IMG/VR virus record: IMGVR_UViG_3300044712_001218 | Span: 9,402-73,401 of that record | Length of the DNA: 64,000 nt | Strand: one strand, 5' to 3' | Source of the DNA: a virus | Part shown: positions 9,409 through 19,127 of the stretch, one piece after another | How positions within the stretch are numbered: the first letter of the stretch is position 1 | How the letters are laid out: each line of letters begins with the position of its first letter | The notes under the pieces: model-generated | Seen by the model: only the letters and a program-made list of their open reading frames with translations | The model's database searches: none | Told to the model about the DNA's origin: nothing | Position numbers and translations under genes: made by a program

Positions 9409-10203
9409 ATGGCAACATTAAAACAGTTGAAAGCAGCAGCAGTAGAAATGAATGACGTAATGTCATTAAATCCTCCTATTGATGTTAAGTTGGCAGAAGA
9501 CGAACTGACTGAGAAGATTAAGGAAGCTATCGGTATTATGGAACCGGAAGATGAATTCGGAGAAGCCACTCAGGCAGTTATTGATGAGCTCAGTGCCAAG
9601 AAAGCTAAACCCGCTCGTGGCAAAGCAGCCAAAGAAGAAGAACCGGAAGAGGAAGAAGAACCTGTCGAAGAAGCTGAAGAAGCAGAGGAAGAACCTGAAG
9701 CTGAAGAAGCAGAGGAAGAACCTGAAGCTGAAGAAGAACCGGAAGAAGATGATCTGACCACTCAGGTGGAAGATGCTGAAAAGCTCAGTGAATTGAAAGA
9801 CCTTGCCAAGGAGAATGAGGAATTCAAACCTCTCCGTAGCAAACTGAGTTCTTATAAGACAGCATCCGAACTGAGAAAGGAAATGCTGAAGCTTCTGGAG
9901 AAACCGGCAAAGAAAGCAGCTCCTAAGGAAGCAGCTAAAGCAGAGAAGAAGGCTGAAAAGAAAGAGAAAAAGGAACCTAAGGAAAAAGGCCCGGGCGTAA
10001 TCGCTACGATCGTGGACATTCTGGAGAAGGCAGGAAAGAAAGGAATCACCAAGGAAGAAATCCATGCCAAACTCGTTCCTATGTTCCCTGACAAATCACC
10101 TGACTCTTTAAAAGCTACCATTTCCGTTCAGGTTCCTTATCGCGTTAACAAAGAGCGCTGGGAAGTTGTTAAGTTGGAAGGTGGTCGTTTTGCCAAGAAG
10201 TAA
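9409..10203 (+). CDS. Acidic/Lys-Ala-rich protein with C-terminal winged-helix-like domain
   Basis: Glu-rich linker, histone-H1-like KKAAPK stretch, C-terminal GVIATIVDILEKA...ITKEEI..KL...TI. Confidence 0.7.
   Translation: MATLKQLKAAAVEMNDVMSLNPPIDVKLAEDELTEKIKEAIGIMEPEDEFGEATQAVIDELSAKKAKPARGKAAKEEEPEEEEEPVEEAEEAEEEPEAEEAEEEPEAEEEPEEDDLTTQVEDAEKLSELKDLAKENEEFKPLRSKLSSYKTASELRKEMLKLLEKPAKKAAPKEAAKAEKKAEKKEKKEPKEKGPGVIATIVDILEKAGKKGITKEEIHAKLVPMFPDKSPDSLKATISVQVPYRVNKERWEVVKLEGGRFAKK
9670..9736 (+). repeat. 27-bp coding tandem repeat (2.5 copies)
   Basis: GAAGCTGAAGAAGCAGAGGAAGAACCT x2 plus partial, encoding EAEEAEEEP. Confidence 0.85.
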
Positions 10204-10215
10204 TTATTGCTCCCG

Positions 10216-10941
10216 ATGCGTAAAGTGGTCATAGGCTTAAGCGGAGGGATGGATTCGGCCACCCTACTGGGGTATTACCTCAGTTTGGGTGCCGAAGTCC
10301 ATTGTTGTTCTTTCTATTATGGTTCTAAACATGGTCAATGGGAAGGCAGAGCAGCCAATAATCTGTTTGAATTTTATAATCAAAGAGGCTTTCCGATCAT
10401 CCGTCATTTCTTTGACTTAAGATCAGTGTTTACGAATTTTCAATCTAATCTCCTCAAATCAGGAGGAGCTATCCCTGAAGGACATTATGATGATGAGAGC
10501 ATGCGTTTGACCGTTGTGCCGGGGAGAAATATGATTTTTGCTTCCATTATGGCAGGACTGGCAGAATCTATAAAAGCAGATACTATTGCCCTTGGGGTTC
10601 ATTCTGGAGATCATCATATATACCCTGATTGCCGACCTGAATTCATTCGTGCTTTAATGGATACTATTGAATTCTCCACTGATGGTGGAGTAAGAGTAGA
10701 AGCTCCTTTTATCTATGAAGACAAATCAACCATACTTAAAATGGGGTATGGTTTTGAACAAAATGTTCCATATCAACTCACCCGTACCTGTTATAAAGAT
10801 CAGGAGAAGAGTTGTGGAAAATGTGGTTCATGTACAGAAAGAATATTTGCATTTAATGAATTAGGATTACAAGATCCCATTCCTTATGAAAATGATTGGA
10901 ATATTGTTTTAAAAACTGCTTTAGCTCTAAAAGGAGAATAA
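10216..10941 (+). CDS. queC: 7-cyano-7-deazaguanine (preQ0) synthase
   Basis: LSGGMDS; VPGRNMIF; YPDCRPEF; TCY...CGKCGSC.ER. Confidence 0.95.
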   Translation: MRKVVIGLSGGMDSATLLGYYLSLGAEVHCCSFYYGSKHGQWEGRAANNLFEFYNQRGFPIIRHFFDLRSVFTNFQSNLLKSGGAIPEGHYDDESMRLTVVPGRNMIFASIMAGLAESIKADTIALGVHSGDHHIYPDCRPEFIRALMDTIEFSTDGGVRVEAPFIYEDKSTILKMGYGFEQNVPYQLTRTCYKDQEKSCGKCGSCTERIFAFNELGLQDPIPYENDWNIVLKTALALKGE

Positions 10942-10944
10942 AAT

Positions 10945-11670
10945 ATGCCTAATCCCAAAGATCCTATAAAACTTGCCGAATATAAAGAGAATATGAGAAA
11001 TATTGCTCTTGAAAAAGGGTATGGTAAATGGATGAAAGGACGTAAAAATACTCCCGGAGCTTTAGCATTGAATTTATATATTAAATCAATTAAAGGAGAA
11101 TTAATTAAAATGAGGAGAATCCACTATTGTATAGTATGTGGCTCCTCATTTTATGATTATCCTTATAAAAAAGGTTTAAAATTTTGTTCAAAAAGCTGTT
11201 ATTTGATAAATCATAAAAAATTACCAGAAGAAATTATTATCAAATTAATAAAAGCTGGTAAAAGATTACATCCAAAAAATGAGAGAATTTCAAATAATGG
11301 ATTTGCTAATCCTGAGAATAGAAAAGGGAAAACATATAACGAAATATATGGAGATGATGCAGAAAAAGAAAAATTAAAAAGAAGTTTAGGCCATTTAAAA
11401 AGATTTAAAAATAAACTTAGAAATGGATGTCGTGATAAAATAAATGGGGAAACTAAATATAAAATTTGGAGGAATACCATTTTTAAAAGAGACAATTATA
11501 CTTGTGTTGATTGTGGAAAAAAGGGAGGAAAATTACATGCTCATCATATTTATAATTGGGCCAAGAATCCTAAGTTAAGATATAGAACTTCCAATGGAAT
11601 AACTTTATGTACTAAATGCCATTCAGAAAAACACCCAAACATTAAAAAATTAATATTAAGTAATTCTTAA
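10945..11670 (+). CDS. HNH homing endonuclease
   Basis: [15 protein letters not shown]...LHAHHI...NGITLC..CH; very AT-rich insertion between queC and folE. Confidence 0.85.
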   Translation: MPNPKDPIKLAEYKENMRNIALEKGYGKWMKGRKNTPGALALNLYIKSIKGELIKMRRIHYCIVCGSSFYDYPYKKGLKFCSKSCYLINHKKLPEEIIIKLIKAGKRLHPKNERISNNGFANPENRKGKTYNEIYGDDAEKEKLKRSLGHLKRFKNKLRNGCRDKINGETKYKIWRNTIFKRDNYTCVDCGKKGGKLHAHHIYNWAKNPKLRYRTSNGITLCTKCHSEKHPNIKKLILSNS

Positions 11671-11674
11671 AATT

Positions 11675-12550
11675 ATGAATAAACTATATTTAACTTGGGA
11701 AGACGTAATGAATAAATTACGCACCGTAGACTTATTAAATAAAAAGGTCTACGGTGTCCCTAATGGCGGTATGATTGCTGCCGGATTCCTTAATTATGCC
11801 AAGAAGGTATATAAACCGGAATTTGCTGATATTATTCTTGATGATATTATTGATTCCGGAGGGACACAGAAGTGGTATAAGAAACAATTTCCCGATACCG
11901 TTTTTCATGCCTTATTTGATAAACAACTGGATCCTCAACTTCATGATCAGTGGGTAGTTTTTCCATGGGAAGCTCAACATCCTAATGGTGAGAATACAGT
12001 TCAGCATAATATTATCAGACAGCTCCAGTATATTGGAGAAGATGTTAATAGGGAAGGATTATTGAAAACTCCTGATAGAGTAGTAAAGATGTGGGGTGAA
12101 ATCTTTTCCGGATATGATAAAGATGCCAAAGAACTTCTTACCACCTTTGATGCTGACGGTTATGCTGATCATTATGATGAGATTGTACTATTGAAGGACA
12201 TTGAAGTTTATTCCATGTGTGAACATCACATGCTGCCTTTCTTCGGTAAAGCTCATGTAGCCTATATTCCTGGAAAAAAGATTGTAGGTATAAGTAAACT
12301 GGCAAGACTGGTAGATATGTATGCTAGAAGACTTCAAATACAAGAGCGTATTGGTGATCAGGTCACTTCGAGCATTATGGAGTTATTAGAACCAAAAGGA
12401 GCTGCTTGCATAATAGAGGCAACTCATATGTGTATGCGGATGAGAGGAGTTCAGAAGCAGAACTCTATTATGACTACCTCCAGCATGAAGGGAGCCTTCT
12501 TGGATAAGCCGGCCGCTCGTAATGAACTCATGGAATTAATACGGCGATGA
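11675..12550 (+). CDS. folE: Type I PRTase-like domain fused to GTP cyclohydrolase I
   Basis: N-terminal [25 protein letters not shown]; C-terminal [36 protein letters not shown]. Confidence 0.9.
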   Translation: MNKLYLTWEDVMNKLRTVDLLNKKVYGVPNGGMIAAGFLNYAKKVYKPEFADIILDDIIDSGGTQKWYKKQFPDTVFHALFDKQLDPQLHDQWVVFPWEAQHPNGENTVQHNIIRQLQYIGEDVNREGLLKTPDRVVKMWGEIFSGYDKDAKELLTTFDADGYADHYDEIVLLKDIEVYSMCEHHMLPFFGKAHVAYIPGKKIVGISKLARLVDMYARRLQIQERIGDQVTSSIMELLEPKGAACIIEATHMCMRMRGVQKQNSIMTTSSMKGAFLDKPAARNELMELIRR

Positions 12551-13599
12551 ATATTTATACCGCTGGGAATGTAGGAATAATTTCCCGTGAAAAAGCCTTA
12601 AGTAAGGTTATCCTTAGAAGACTATTATCCTTCTATGAAATACATGGGAAATTATTCGCTGCAGACCAATCATTTGAATTTATAACTAAAAAAATGGAAA
12701 GAAATAAAAAGGTAGAATTGTTTTTGGATTCAGGGGCTTTCTCTGCTTGGAGCCAAGGGGTTTCTATTGATATTAATGATTATATCCAATTTATCAAGGA
12801 AAATATGGCCGTAATAGGCATTTATGCCAATCTGGATGTCATTGGAGATGTCAGGGCAACTTGGAACAATCAAAAGATAATGGAGGCGGCAGGATTAAAG
12901 CCATTGCCCGTATTTCATTATGGGGAGGATGAAAAGTGGCTTGAGCGATTACTACGTCAGGGTTATGATTATATCAGTTTAGGAGGCATGGTTCCGATCA
13001 GTACAGATAATCTTATCCTTTGGTTGGATAGAATCTATTCCAAATATCTTACGGATTCAAAAGGAATGCCTTGTGTAAAAGTACATGGTTTTGGTCTTAC
13101 CAGTTTAAGACTAATGTTACGCTATCCTTGGTTCTCAGTTGATTCTACCAGTTGGGTAGTAACAGGGAGGATGGGAGGAATTTATATTCCACGTTTTCAT
13201 CATGGTCAATGGATGTATGATGAGAATTCATGGAAGGTGACTGTTTCAGGAAGAAGTCCTAACAAAATAAGTAAAGGAAAACATATATTGACTATGAATA
13301 TTCTTGAGAAAAAAGTATTTATGGATTATATAGAAATGAAGGGATACGCTATCGGTAAGTCAGAATTTAAAAAAGTTGATCAATCACATAAATTAGAAAA
13401 GAATGAAAAGTGGATTGATAAAAAGCCATCCAATAAAACAGTTAAAAGAGAAATGGAAATTATACTGGAACCTGGTATTTCTAATACTTACCAGTTACGT
13501 GATGAAATGAATATAGTATTTTTTAATGATCTTGAAAAAAGTATGCAATCATGGCCATGGTCTTTTAAAACAAAAAGTCAGAATTCAATATTTAATTAA
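12547..13599 (+). CDS. dpdA: 7-deazaguanine DNA transglycosylase (TGT-like, DpdA)
   Basis: FLDSGAFS; NLDVIGD; PVFHYGE; LGGMV; KVHGFG; [10 protein letters not shown]; next to queCDE/folE. Confidence 0.8.
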   Translation: MNIYTAGNVGIISREKALSKVILRRLLSFYEIHGKLFAADQSFEFITKKMERNKKVELFLDSGAFSAWSQGVSIDINDYIQFIKENMAVIGIYANLDVIGDVRATWNNQKIMEAAGLKPLPVFHYGEDEKWLERLLRQGYDYISLGGMVPISTDNLILWLDRIYSKYLTDSKGMPCVKVHGFGLTSLRLMLRYPWFSVDSTSWVVTGRMGGIYIPRFHHGQWMYDENSWKVTVSGRSPNKISKGKHILTMNILEKKVFMDYIEMKGYAIGKSEFKKVDQSHKLEKNEKWIDKKPSNKTVKREMEIILEPGISNTYQLRDEMNIVFFNDLEKSMQSWPWSFKTKSQNSIFN

Positions 13600-13624
13600 T
13601 CATAAACCTTTAAACATTAATCAT

Positions 13625-13990
13625 ATGTCAATAAAAGGAGCTAATTTTAGGTTAACTCGGGATTTAACTATACAAAATCCTGATTGGTCTTTAAGAAAAG
13701 TACGTTCTGTGATGGAAAGTAGAGGAGAAATAATTGAAAATGAAGCTTATCATTTATCCAGAACTCTTAGAAAATTCTTTAAAAAGTCTTTAAAGACAAA
13801 AGGAATTGTAAATGCTATTAAAGGAAATTATATTCCCGGAATCTCTAAAAATGATCTTATAGAAAAATTAAAAGAACAACAATTTGATGTATTTAAGCTT
13901 AGTGATACTATAACAAAACAATTTAATAATCTCAGGAGATGTGAAGAAGGATTTATAAAGCATGGTTATTGTATAAAGGAGGATAAATAA
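13625..13990 (+). CDS. Hypothetical basic protein
   Basis: ORF after dpdA, start MSIKG. Confidence 0.55.
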   Translation: MSIKGANFRLTRDLTIQNPDWSLRKVRSVMESRGEIIENEAYHLSRTLRKFFKKSLKTKGIVNAIKGNYIPGISKNDLIEKLKEQQFDVFKLSDTITKQFNNLRRCEEGFIKHGYCIKEDK

Positions 13991-13991
13991 A

Positions 13992-14474
13992 ATGACAAAG
14001 AGACAGGAAGATTGGGAAAAAGCACAGGAGAAGAGGGATGAGACTGCCAATGATCTTAACTTTTATCTACTCATCTCCGGACTATCATTCAAAAGAGTGG
14101 ATGATACCATTCATTATCAGTTAAATTCAAAGAATGGAAAGAATATTCCTTTTATATTTATGTACAAAGATAGTGGTGGATTCTATCTCAAAGTACCTAA
14201 GGAATTTCTGGATAATCCGGTAACCTACTTAGATCATCTGATAAAAGAAAACTACTACTCTATCATAGTAGATGGGGAAAATAGGGAATATACGGTTCCT
14301 ATTAGTTTTATGACCATCAAGAAATACTGGAAATGGAAAATGGAGACTTCGGAAGGAAATAAAAATAGAATGCAATTCCGTAGTTTAATAGGAAGAATGA
14401 CCTATCGTAGACCACTGGAAGGTTCTGCTTTTTCTCCATGCCTTGTTGATGAACTAAATAAACTCTTATCATGA
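13992..14474 (+). CDS. Hypothetical protein
   Basis: Coupled ORF with AGGAGG upstream. Confidence 0.6.
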   Translation: MTKRQEDWEKAQEKRDETANDLNFYLLISGLSFKRVDDTIHYQLNSKNGKNIPFIFMYKDSGGFYLKVPKEFLDNPVTYLDHLIKENYYSIIVDGENREYTVPISFMTIKKYWKWKMETSEGNKNRMQFRSLIGRMTYRRPLEGSAFSPCLVDELNKLLS

Positions 14475-14647
14475 ACATCTATTTGAGTACATGGTTAACA
14501 GATCGTTCCCTTGGAAACAGTATGACTAAGAAGAAAGCATCCAAACGATTGCTATCATATTTTTTCCTGAAGGAGCAGGATATTTCACAAGAACATTTTG
14601 ATGAATACGTAGAGACTGGGAGATGTGATCCTAGGAAAAGAAAATGA
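14471..14647 (+). CDS. Mini-protein 1, paralog of DpdA N-terminal module
   Basis: Manually read MNIYLSTW...KRLLSYFF; ATGA overlaps on both sides; absent from the ORF track. Confidence 0.65.
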   Translation: MNIYLSTWLTDRSLGNSMTKKKASKRLLSYFFLKEQDISQEHFDEYVETGRCDPRKRK

Positions 14648-14826
14648 AAATCTATTTAGCCGGAGTACCAAAAGCCTATGGGAAATTACCCTATAAGGTA
14701 CTTTTTAGTTACTTTACTATTAAATATCCTGACCAGAAATGGGGAGCTAAATCTAATTTTAACTATTATACCAATGAAAATATACTTAGCAGCAGTTTGG
14801 CCTCCCAATCATCTGAAGATAACTAA
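14644..14826 (+). CDS. Mini-protein 2, paralog of DpdA N-terminal module
   Basis: MKIYLAG...KVLFSYF. Confidence 0.65.
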   Translation: MKIYLAGVPKAYGKLPYKVLFSYFTIKYPDQKWGAKSNFNYYTNENILSSSLASQSSEDN

Positions 14827-14968
14827 ACGAGTTCTGCTTAGTTATTATGATTTAGATGTATCTACAATACCTTTTAGAAATGAAACCTTTAATACTATAA
14901 CCAATGCTAATAAACAAAAACGACCTCTTACACGCCTTAGAAGTAGTAAAACCGGGCTTAGCCAGTAA
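14774..14968 (+). CDS. Mini-protein 3, paralog of DpdA N-terminal module
   Basis: MKIYLAA...RVLLSYY. Confidence 0.65.
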   Translation: MKIYLAAVWPPNHLKITKRVLLSYYDLDVSTIPFRNETFNTITNANKQKRPLTRLRSSKTGLSQ

Positions 14969-15956
14969 AGAAATCATTGAACAGGCTACTTCCTTTGCCT
15001 TTATGGATAATCGGGTAGTAACCTATAATGATGAAATAAGTATTTCTCACCCAGTAAAAGACCTTGATGTTACTGGGGCAGTAAAAGCAGATAAGCTCTA
15101 CCAATTTTTAGGTAAGGTAAAGATTGATGAGATTGAGATTGTAGAAGAAGATAATGCCATTACTCTTACTACCGGTAAAGCTAAAGCTGGATTAGCAATG
15201 CAGGCTGAAATTAAACTACCTCTTGATCAGGTAGGAGATATTGAAGACTGGGAAGATTTGCCGGAAAACTTTATAGAGGCCTTAAAGTTTGTCTATCCTT
15301 CCTGTGGACATGATATGAGCCGACCCCTGTTAACCTGCGTCCATGTCAACCATGATGGATTTATAGAGGGTAGTGATAGCAATTGTATCACCCGTTATAC
15401 TCTGGAAGAATTTTCCTTTGATACCTTTTTATTACCTTCGAGTTCAGCATCAACTGTAGTAAAGCTTAACCCTACTCAAATATCGCTCGGGAAATCATGG
15501 GTACATTTTAAAACAGAGGATGACAGTATTATATCCTGCCGTATCTTTAGCAATAAGGATAAGTTTGTAGATACTACTCCATTTCTTGATGTGGAAGGAA
15601 TTGAGGTGACTCTTCCGGAAGCTATCACAGAAATAATGGATAGGGCTATGGTTTTTGCCAAGCAGGATCACCAGCTGGATGAAACCATTAAGATCACTCT
15701 GAAAGAAAGTAGGATGATAATGGAATGTAAATCAGAATCTGATAATTCCTGGTTTAGGGAGGAAGCAAGAATGAGATATAAACAGGATCCATTAACTTTC
15801 TTTATCACTCCTTATTTGCTTAACTGGATTATATCAAAGACAAAGGATTGTACTATTGCTGAAGATCGTTTGTGTTTTAAGAGTCCAGCAAAGGAAGAAG
15901 GAGATACCTCTGGTGATTGGATTTATGTAACGGCTTTGAAAAATAAGATTGACTGA
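14904..15956 (+). CDS. DNA sliding clamp (DnaN/beta-like)
   Basis: 350 aa; INKNDLL.AL..V; D.SRP.L.CVH...GSDS; clamp loader nearby. Confidence 0.75.
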   Translation: MLINKNDLLHALEVVKPGLASKEIIEQATSFAFMDNRVVTYNDEISISHPVKDLDVTGAVKADKLYQFLGKVKIDEIEIVEEDNAITLTTGKAKAGLAMQAEIKLPLDQVGDIEDWEDLPENFIEALKFVYPSCGHDMSRPLLTCVHVNHDGFIEGSDSNCITRYTLEEFSFDTFLLPSSSASTVVKLNPTQISLGKSWVHFKTEDDSIISCRIFSNKDKFVDTTPFLDVEGIEVTLPEAITEIMDRAMVFAKQDHQLDETIKITLKESRMIMECKSESDNSWFREEARMRYKQDPLTFFITPYLLNWIISKTKDCTIAEDRLCFKSPAKEEGDTSGDWIYVTALKNKID

Positions 15957-16798
15957 TGATCAGGGGATACAGCTTAATAAGTCTCGGGGTAGGAGTTCAG
16001 AGTTCTGCTCTCTACTATATGAGTTCTATGGGAATTCTACCAAGAATAAATATGGCAATCTTTGCCGATACTGGTGGAGAGAAGTCTAAAACTCTGGAGT
16101 ATTTACAATACCTGCAAAAGTGGAAGAAGGATAATAATGGAATACCAATTCATGTGGCAAATTTCATTAATCTGGAGAATGACTTATTAAGGGAGGATGA
16201 AGGCAGATTTTCTTCTATTCCGGCTTTTACTCTTAATGAAGATGGAGAGAAAGGAATGCTCAGACGTCAATGTACCGGAGAATATAAAATAGCCCAGATT
16301 AACAAGAAGTATCGAGAGCTGATGAAACTGGGTAATAAGTATTTCCCTAAAACAGAAGTGTGGATAGGAATTACTCAGGAGGAGAAAGATAGAATGGCCA
16401 TCCCGCTGGAGCAGTGGAAAATAAATGTATATCCTTTCTGTGGATATAAGATTTATCACGATGGTCACTTTGAGCTATTTCCAGGTTTTGAATCAACCCG
16501 TACTTCTATTCTTTCGTGGTATAAGGAGAATAATCTTCCAATCCCTGAGAAGTCTTCCTGTAAATTTTGCCCATTTCATGGCTACAATAGCTGGAAGAGA
16601 CTTAAGGAGATAAGTCCTAGTGATTTTGAAGATGCCTGTAAAGTGGATGATAAGATAAGACATTCATCCATGAAAGGAGTTAAGAATCCTATCTATCTCC
16701 ACGAGTCTTTAAAACCACTAAGAGAAGTAAAATTTAATACCCGTACCATTGGATTCTTTGATGATCACGGTAATTGTTCTGATAATTGTGGAATATGA
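15956..16798 (+). CDS. PAPS-reductase-like PP-loop protein
   Basis: SLGVGVQSS; IFADTG.E; RQCT.EYKI; WIGI..EE..R; KSSC.FCPFH. Confidence 0.75.
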   Translation: MIRGYSLISLGVGVQSSALYYMSSMGILPRINMAIFADTGGEKSKTLEYLQYLQKWKKDNNGIPIHVANFINLENDLLREDEGRFSSIPAFTLNEDGEKGMLRRQCTGEYKIAQINKKYRELMKLGNKYFPKTEVWIGITQEEKDRMAIPLEQWKINVYPFCGYKIYHDGHFELFPGFESTRTSILSWYKENNLPIPEKSSCKFCPFHGYNSWKRLKEISPSDFEDACKVDDKIRHSSMKGVKNPIYLHESLKPLREVKFNTRTIGFFDDHGNCSDNCGI

Positions 16799-19110
16799 GC
16801 GGATTTTTTACAAAAAAGGAAACTGAATCAAAGACTAGACCAGATGGTCGAAATCTTTCCTGTATTTCTTGTGGACTTTATAAGAATTGTAATTCCCCTA
16901 GAATGAATCCTTATGGTGAATTCAAAAAGGGAATTATGGTGGTTGGAGAAGCCCCGGGAGAAATAGAAGATAGCCGGGGTAAACCTTTTCAGGGAAAGAC
17001 TGGGAAGCTTCTTCAAAGAACTTTGGCAAAGTATGGAATAGATTTATTTGAAGATTGTGTTAGTTTAAACTCAGTTAATTGCCGGCCGGAGGATAATAGA
17101 ACTCCTAGTACTTATGAAATGGATTGTTGTAGATCAGTCAAAGTAACCAAAGCTATTGAGCAATATAAACCAAAGATCATAATTGTACTTGGTGGAAGTG
17201 CCTTATATAGCATAATAGGAAATAGATGGAAAAAGGAATTGGGTGGAATAACGAAATGGAGAGGGTTTTGTATTCCGGATCAAGATTTGCATTCGTGGGT
17301 TTGTCCGGTATTCCACCCATCTTTTGTCGAACGTGATGATACCGGAGTAGCTCAGGTAGTATGGGAAAATGATCTGCAGGAAATATTTAAACTGATTGAG
17401 GATAAAGTTCCTTTCCCAATTTATAAGAAACCTAAAATTGAAATAATAGATGATCTGCAGATTCTTGATACTATCAAATCTACCAGAATCGCCTTTGATT
17501 ATGAGACTACCGGATTAAAACCTCATGGATTAGGACAGGAAATAGTATGTTGTTCAATAGCTCCTTCATCAAATATGGCCTACTCCTTTATGATGCCATC
17601 TACAAGGATAGAGAGGATGCCATTCATTAGACTCTTACGGAATCCACTAATTGAGAAAATGGCACATAATTGTTTACATGCACGATCATTAGTATTAATG
17701 GCAGATGGAAGTAAGAAATATATAAGTTATTTAGTCAATAATAAAATTAAAGACCCGGTATTGTGCTTTAATACAAAAACAAAGAAGATTGAAGAAAAAC
17801 CTATAATAAATTGGTATAAAGAAGAAGATTCTAAAGTGATTTGGAAAAAAGTAATTACAAAAAATAGTATTAATGGAAAACAATCACATTGCTTAACTAA
17901 TGACCATAAAGTATACACTATTGAAAGAGGAATGGTAAAAGTAGATGATTTAAAAATAGGAGAAAATCTTTTAATAAAAAAAGAAGGACTATCTGATATT
18001 CAATTGCAATTAATATTAGGGAGTGGATTAGGTGATGGGAGTATAGTTTTAAATAAGAAAAATAATAAGGCAAAAAATGCATATTTTGTAGTTACACATG
18101 GGGAAAAACAAGAACAATATATAAAATGGAAAAGAAAAATATTAAATAATATAAGTGATGATGTAAAGAAGAAAAATAATAATAAAGGATTTAGTAGAAA
18201 AGATGGAATATCTTACGCTTTTCATACTAAATCTCTACCAGAAATCACCCCATTAAGAAGACAACTATATAGTAGAAATGGAAAGAAAATAATAACAGAA
18301 ACATATCTTAATAAATTAGAACCATTAGCATTAGCAGTGTGGTATATGGATGATGGTTCTGTTTATAAAACAAATATGAATTTACATATTGCCGGATATT
18401 CAGAAACCTCTTGTGAAAAAATAATTGAATATTTTGCTAAAAAATATGAAATATATTTTAGATTAGAAAGAGATTCATTTAATAAACCAAGAACTTTACA
18501 TTTGGGTAAAAAAGCAGGAGGTTATAAATTTTGTGAATTAATAGCGCCATATATTCATGATGATTTAAAATATAAAATTCCAAAATATTATAAAAAGGAG
18601 GTGGGAAAATTAGTAAATAAAGTAATTAATAGTCAAAAGAATTATACCCAATCAGAAATTACTGATATAATTGATTCTGTTCCAAGAATGTCTAAAAAGA
18701 TTAAATTTTGTATAGAGGTTCCTGATAACCATAATTTCTTTACAACTATGGGATTAGTGAGTAATTGCAAATATGAAGAAACATGGAGTGCTGTTAAACT
18801 TAGACAACCGGTAAAGAATTGGATTTGGGATACTATGTTAGCAGCCCATATATTTGATAATCGACCGGGGATAACCAATCTGAAGATTCAAACTTATCTT
18901 ATGTTTGGAATCATTGATTATGCCAGTGAAGTTTCTCCCTACTTAGAAGGAGTAGGAGAGGGAGGGAATTCGTTAAATAGAATAAAGGAGTTATTGAAAC
19001 TTCCCGGTGGAAAAGTTAAAGTATTAACTTATTGTGGATATGATTCAGTATATCAATATAGATTAGCAGAATTACAAATGTCAAAAACTAATTTTGACTT
19101 GCCCTTTTAG
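16795..19110 (+). CDS. Family 4 uracil-DNA glycosylase + 3'-5' exonuclease (N-terminal half of split DNA polymerase A), with intein
   Basis: C..C.L...C Fe-S motif, VGEAPG..E...G.PF.G..G, FHPS; ExoI FDYETTG; ExoII AHN/CKYE; DTMLA; ExoII-III Y...D. Confidence 0.9.
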   Translation: MSGFFTKKETESKTRPDGRNLSCISCGLYKNCNSPRMNPYGEFKKGIMVVGEAPGEIEDSRGKPFQGKTGKLLQRTLAKYGIDLFEDCVSLNSVNCRPEDNRTPSTYEMDCCRSVKVTKAIEQYKPKIIIVLGGSALYSIIGNRWKKELGGITKWRGFCIPDQDLHSWVCPVFHPSFVERDDTGVAQVVWENDLQEIFKLIEDKVPFPIYKKPKIEIIDDLQILDTIKSTRIAFDYETTGLKPHGLGQEIVCCSIAPSSNMAYSFMMPSTRIERMPFIRLLRNPLIEKMAHNCLHARSLVLMADGSKKYISYLVNNKIKDPVLCFNTKTKKIEEKPIINWYKEEDSKVIWKKVITKNSINGKQSHCLTNDHKVYTIERGMVKVDDLKIGENLLIKKEGLSDIQLQLILGSGLGDGSIVLNKKNNKAKNAYFVVTHGEKQEQYIKWKRKILNNISDDVKKKNNNKGFSRKDGISYAFHTKSLPEITPLRRQLYSRNGKKIITETYLNKLEPLALAVWYMDDGSVYKTNMNLHIAGYSETSCEKIIEYFAKKYEIYFRLERDSFNKPRTLHLGKKAGGYKFCELIAPYIHDDLKYKIPKYYKKEVGKLVNKVINSQKNYTQSEITDIIDSVPRMSKKIKFCIEVPDNHNFFTTMGLVSNCKYEETWSAVKLRQPVKNWIWDTMLAAHIFDNRPGITNLKIQTYLMFGIIDYASEVSPYLEGVGEGGNSLNRIKELLKLPGGKVKVLTYCGYDSVYQYRLAELQMSKTNFDLPF
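17671..18765 (+). mobile_element. Intein with LAGLIDADG homing endonuclease (365 aa)
   Basis: Starts CLHARSLVLMADG; block B LTNDHK; LGSGLGDG and WYMDDG; ends HNFF...VSN followed by Cys+1. Confidence 0.9.
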
Positions 19111-19127
19111 AATTAATTAGGAATATT

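Noticed and set aside
9670-9736. Repeat as possible CRISPR array
   Set aside because: In-frame coding tandem repeat without spacers; no array seen in the window
9466-10121. Several antisense and alternate-frame ORFs (Phe/Ser-rich)
   Set aside because: Shadows of the GAA/AAG low-complexity sense gene
12547-13599. tRNA-guanine transglycosylase for queuosine (auxiliary metabolic gene)
   Set aside because: No TGT zinc motif seen; motifs and replication context fit DNA-acting DpdA
14678-14773. Upstream extension of the 14678-14968 ORF
   Set aside because: The paralog motif MKIYLA places the start at 14774
15956-16798. Sulfate-assimilation cysH or complete Dnd/Ssp phosphorothioation system
   Set aside because: No other cys, dnd or ssp genes recognised; kept only as a PP-loop family call
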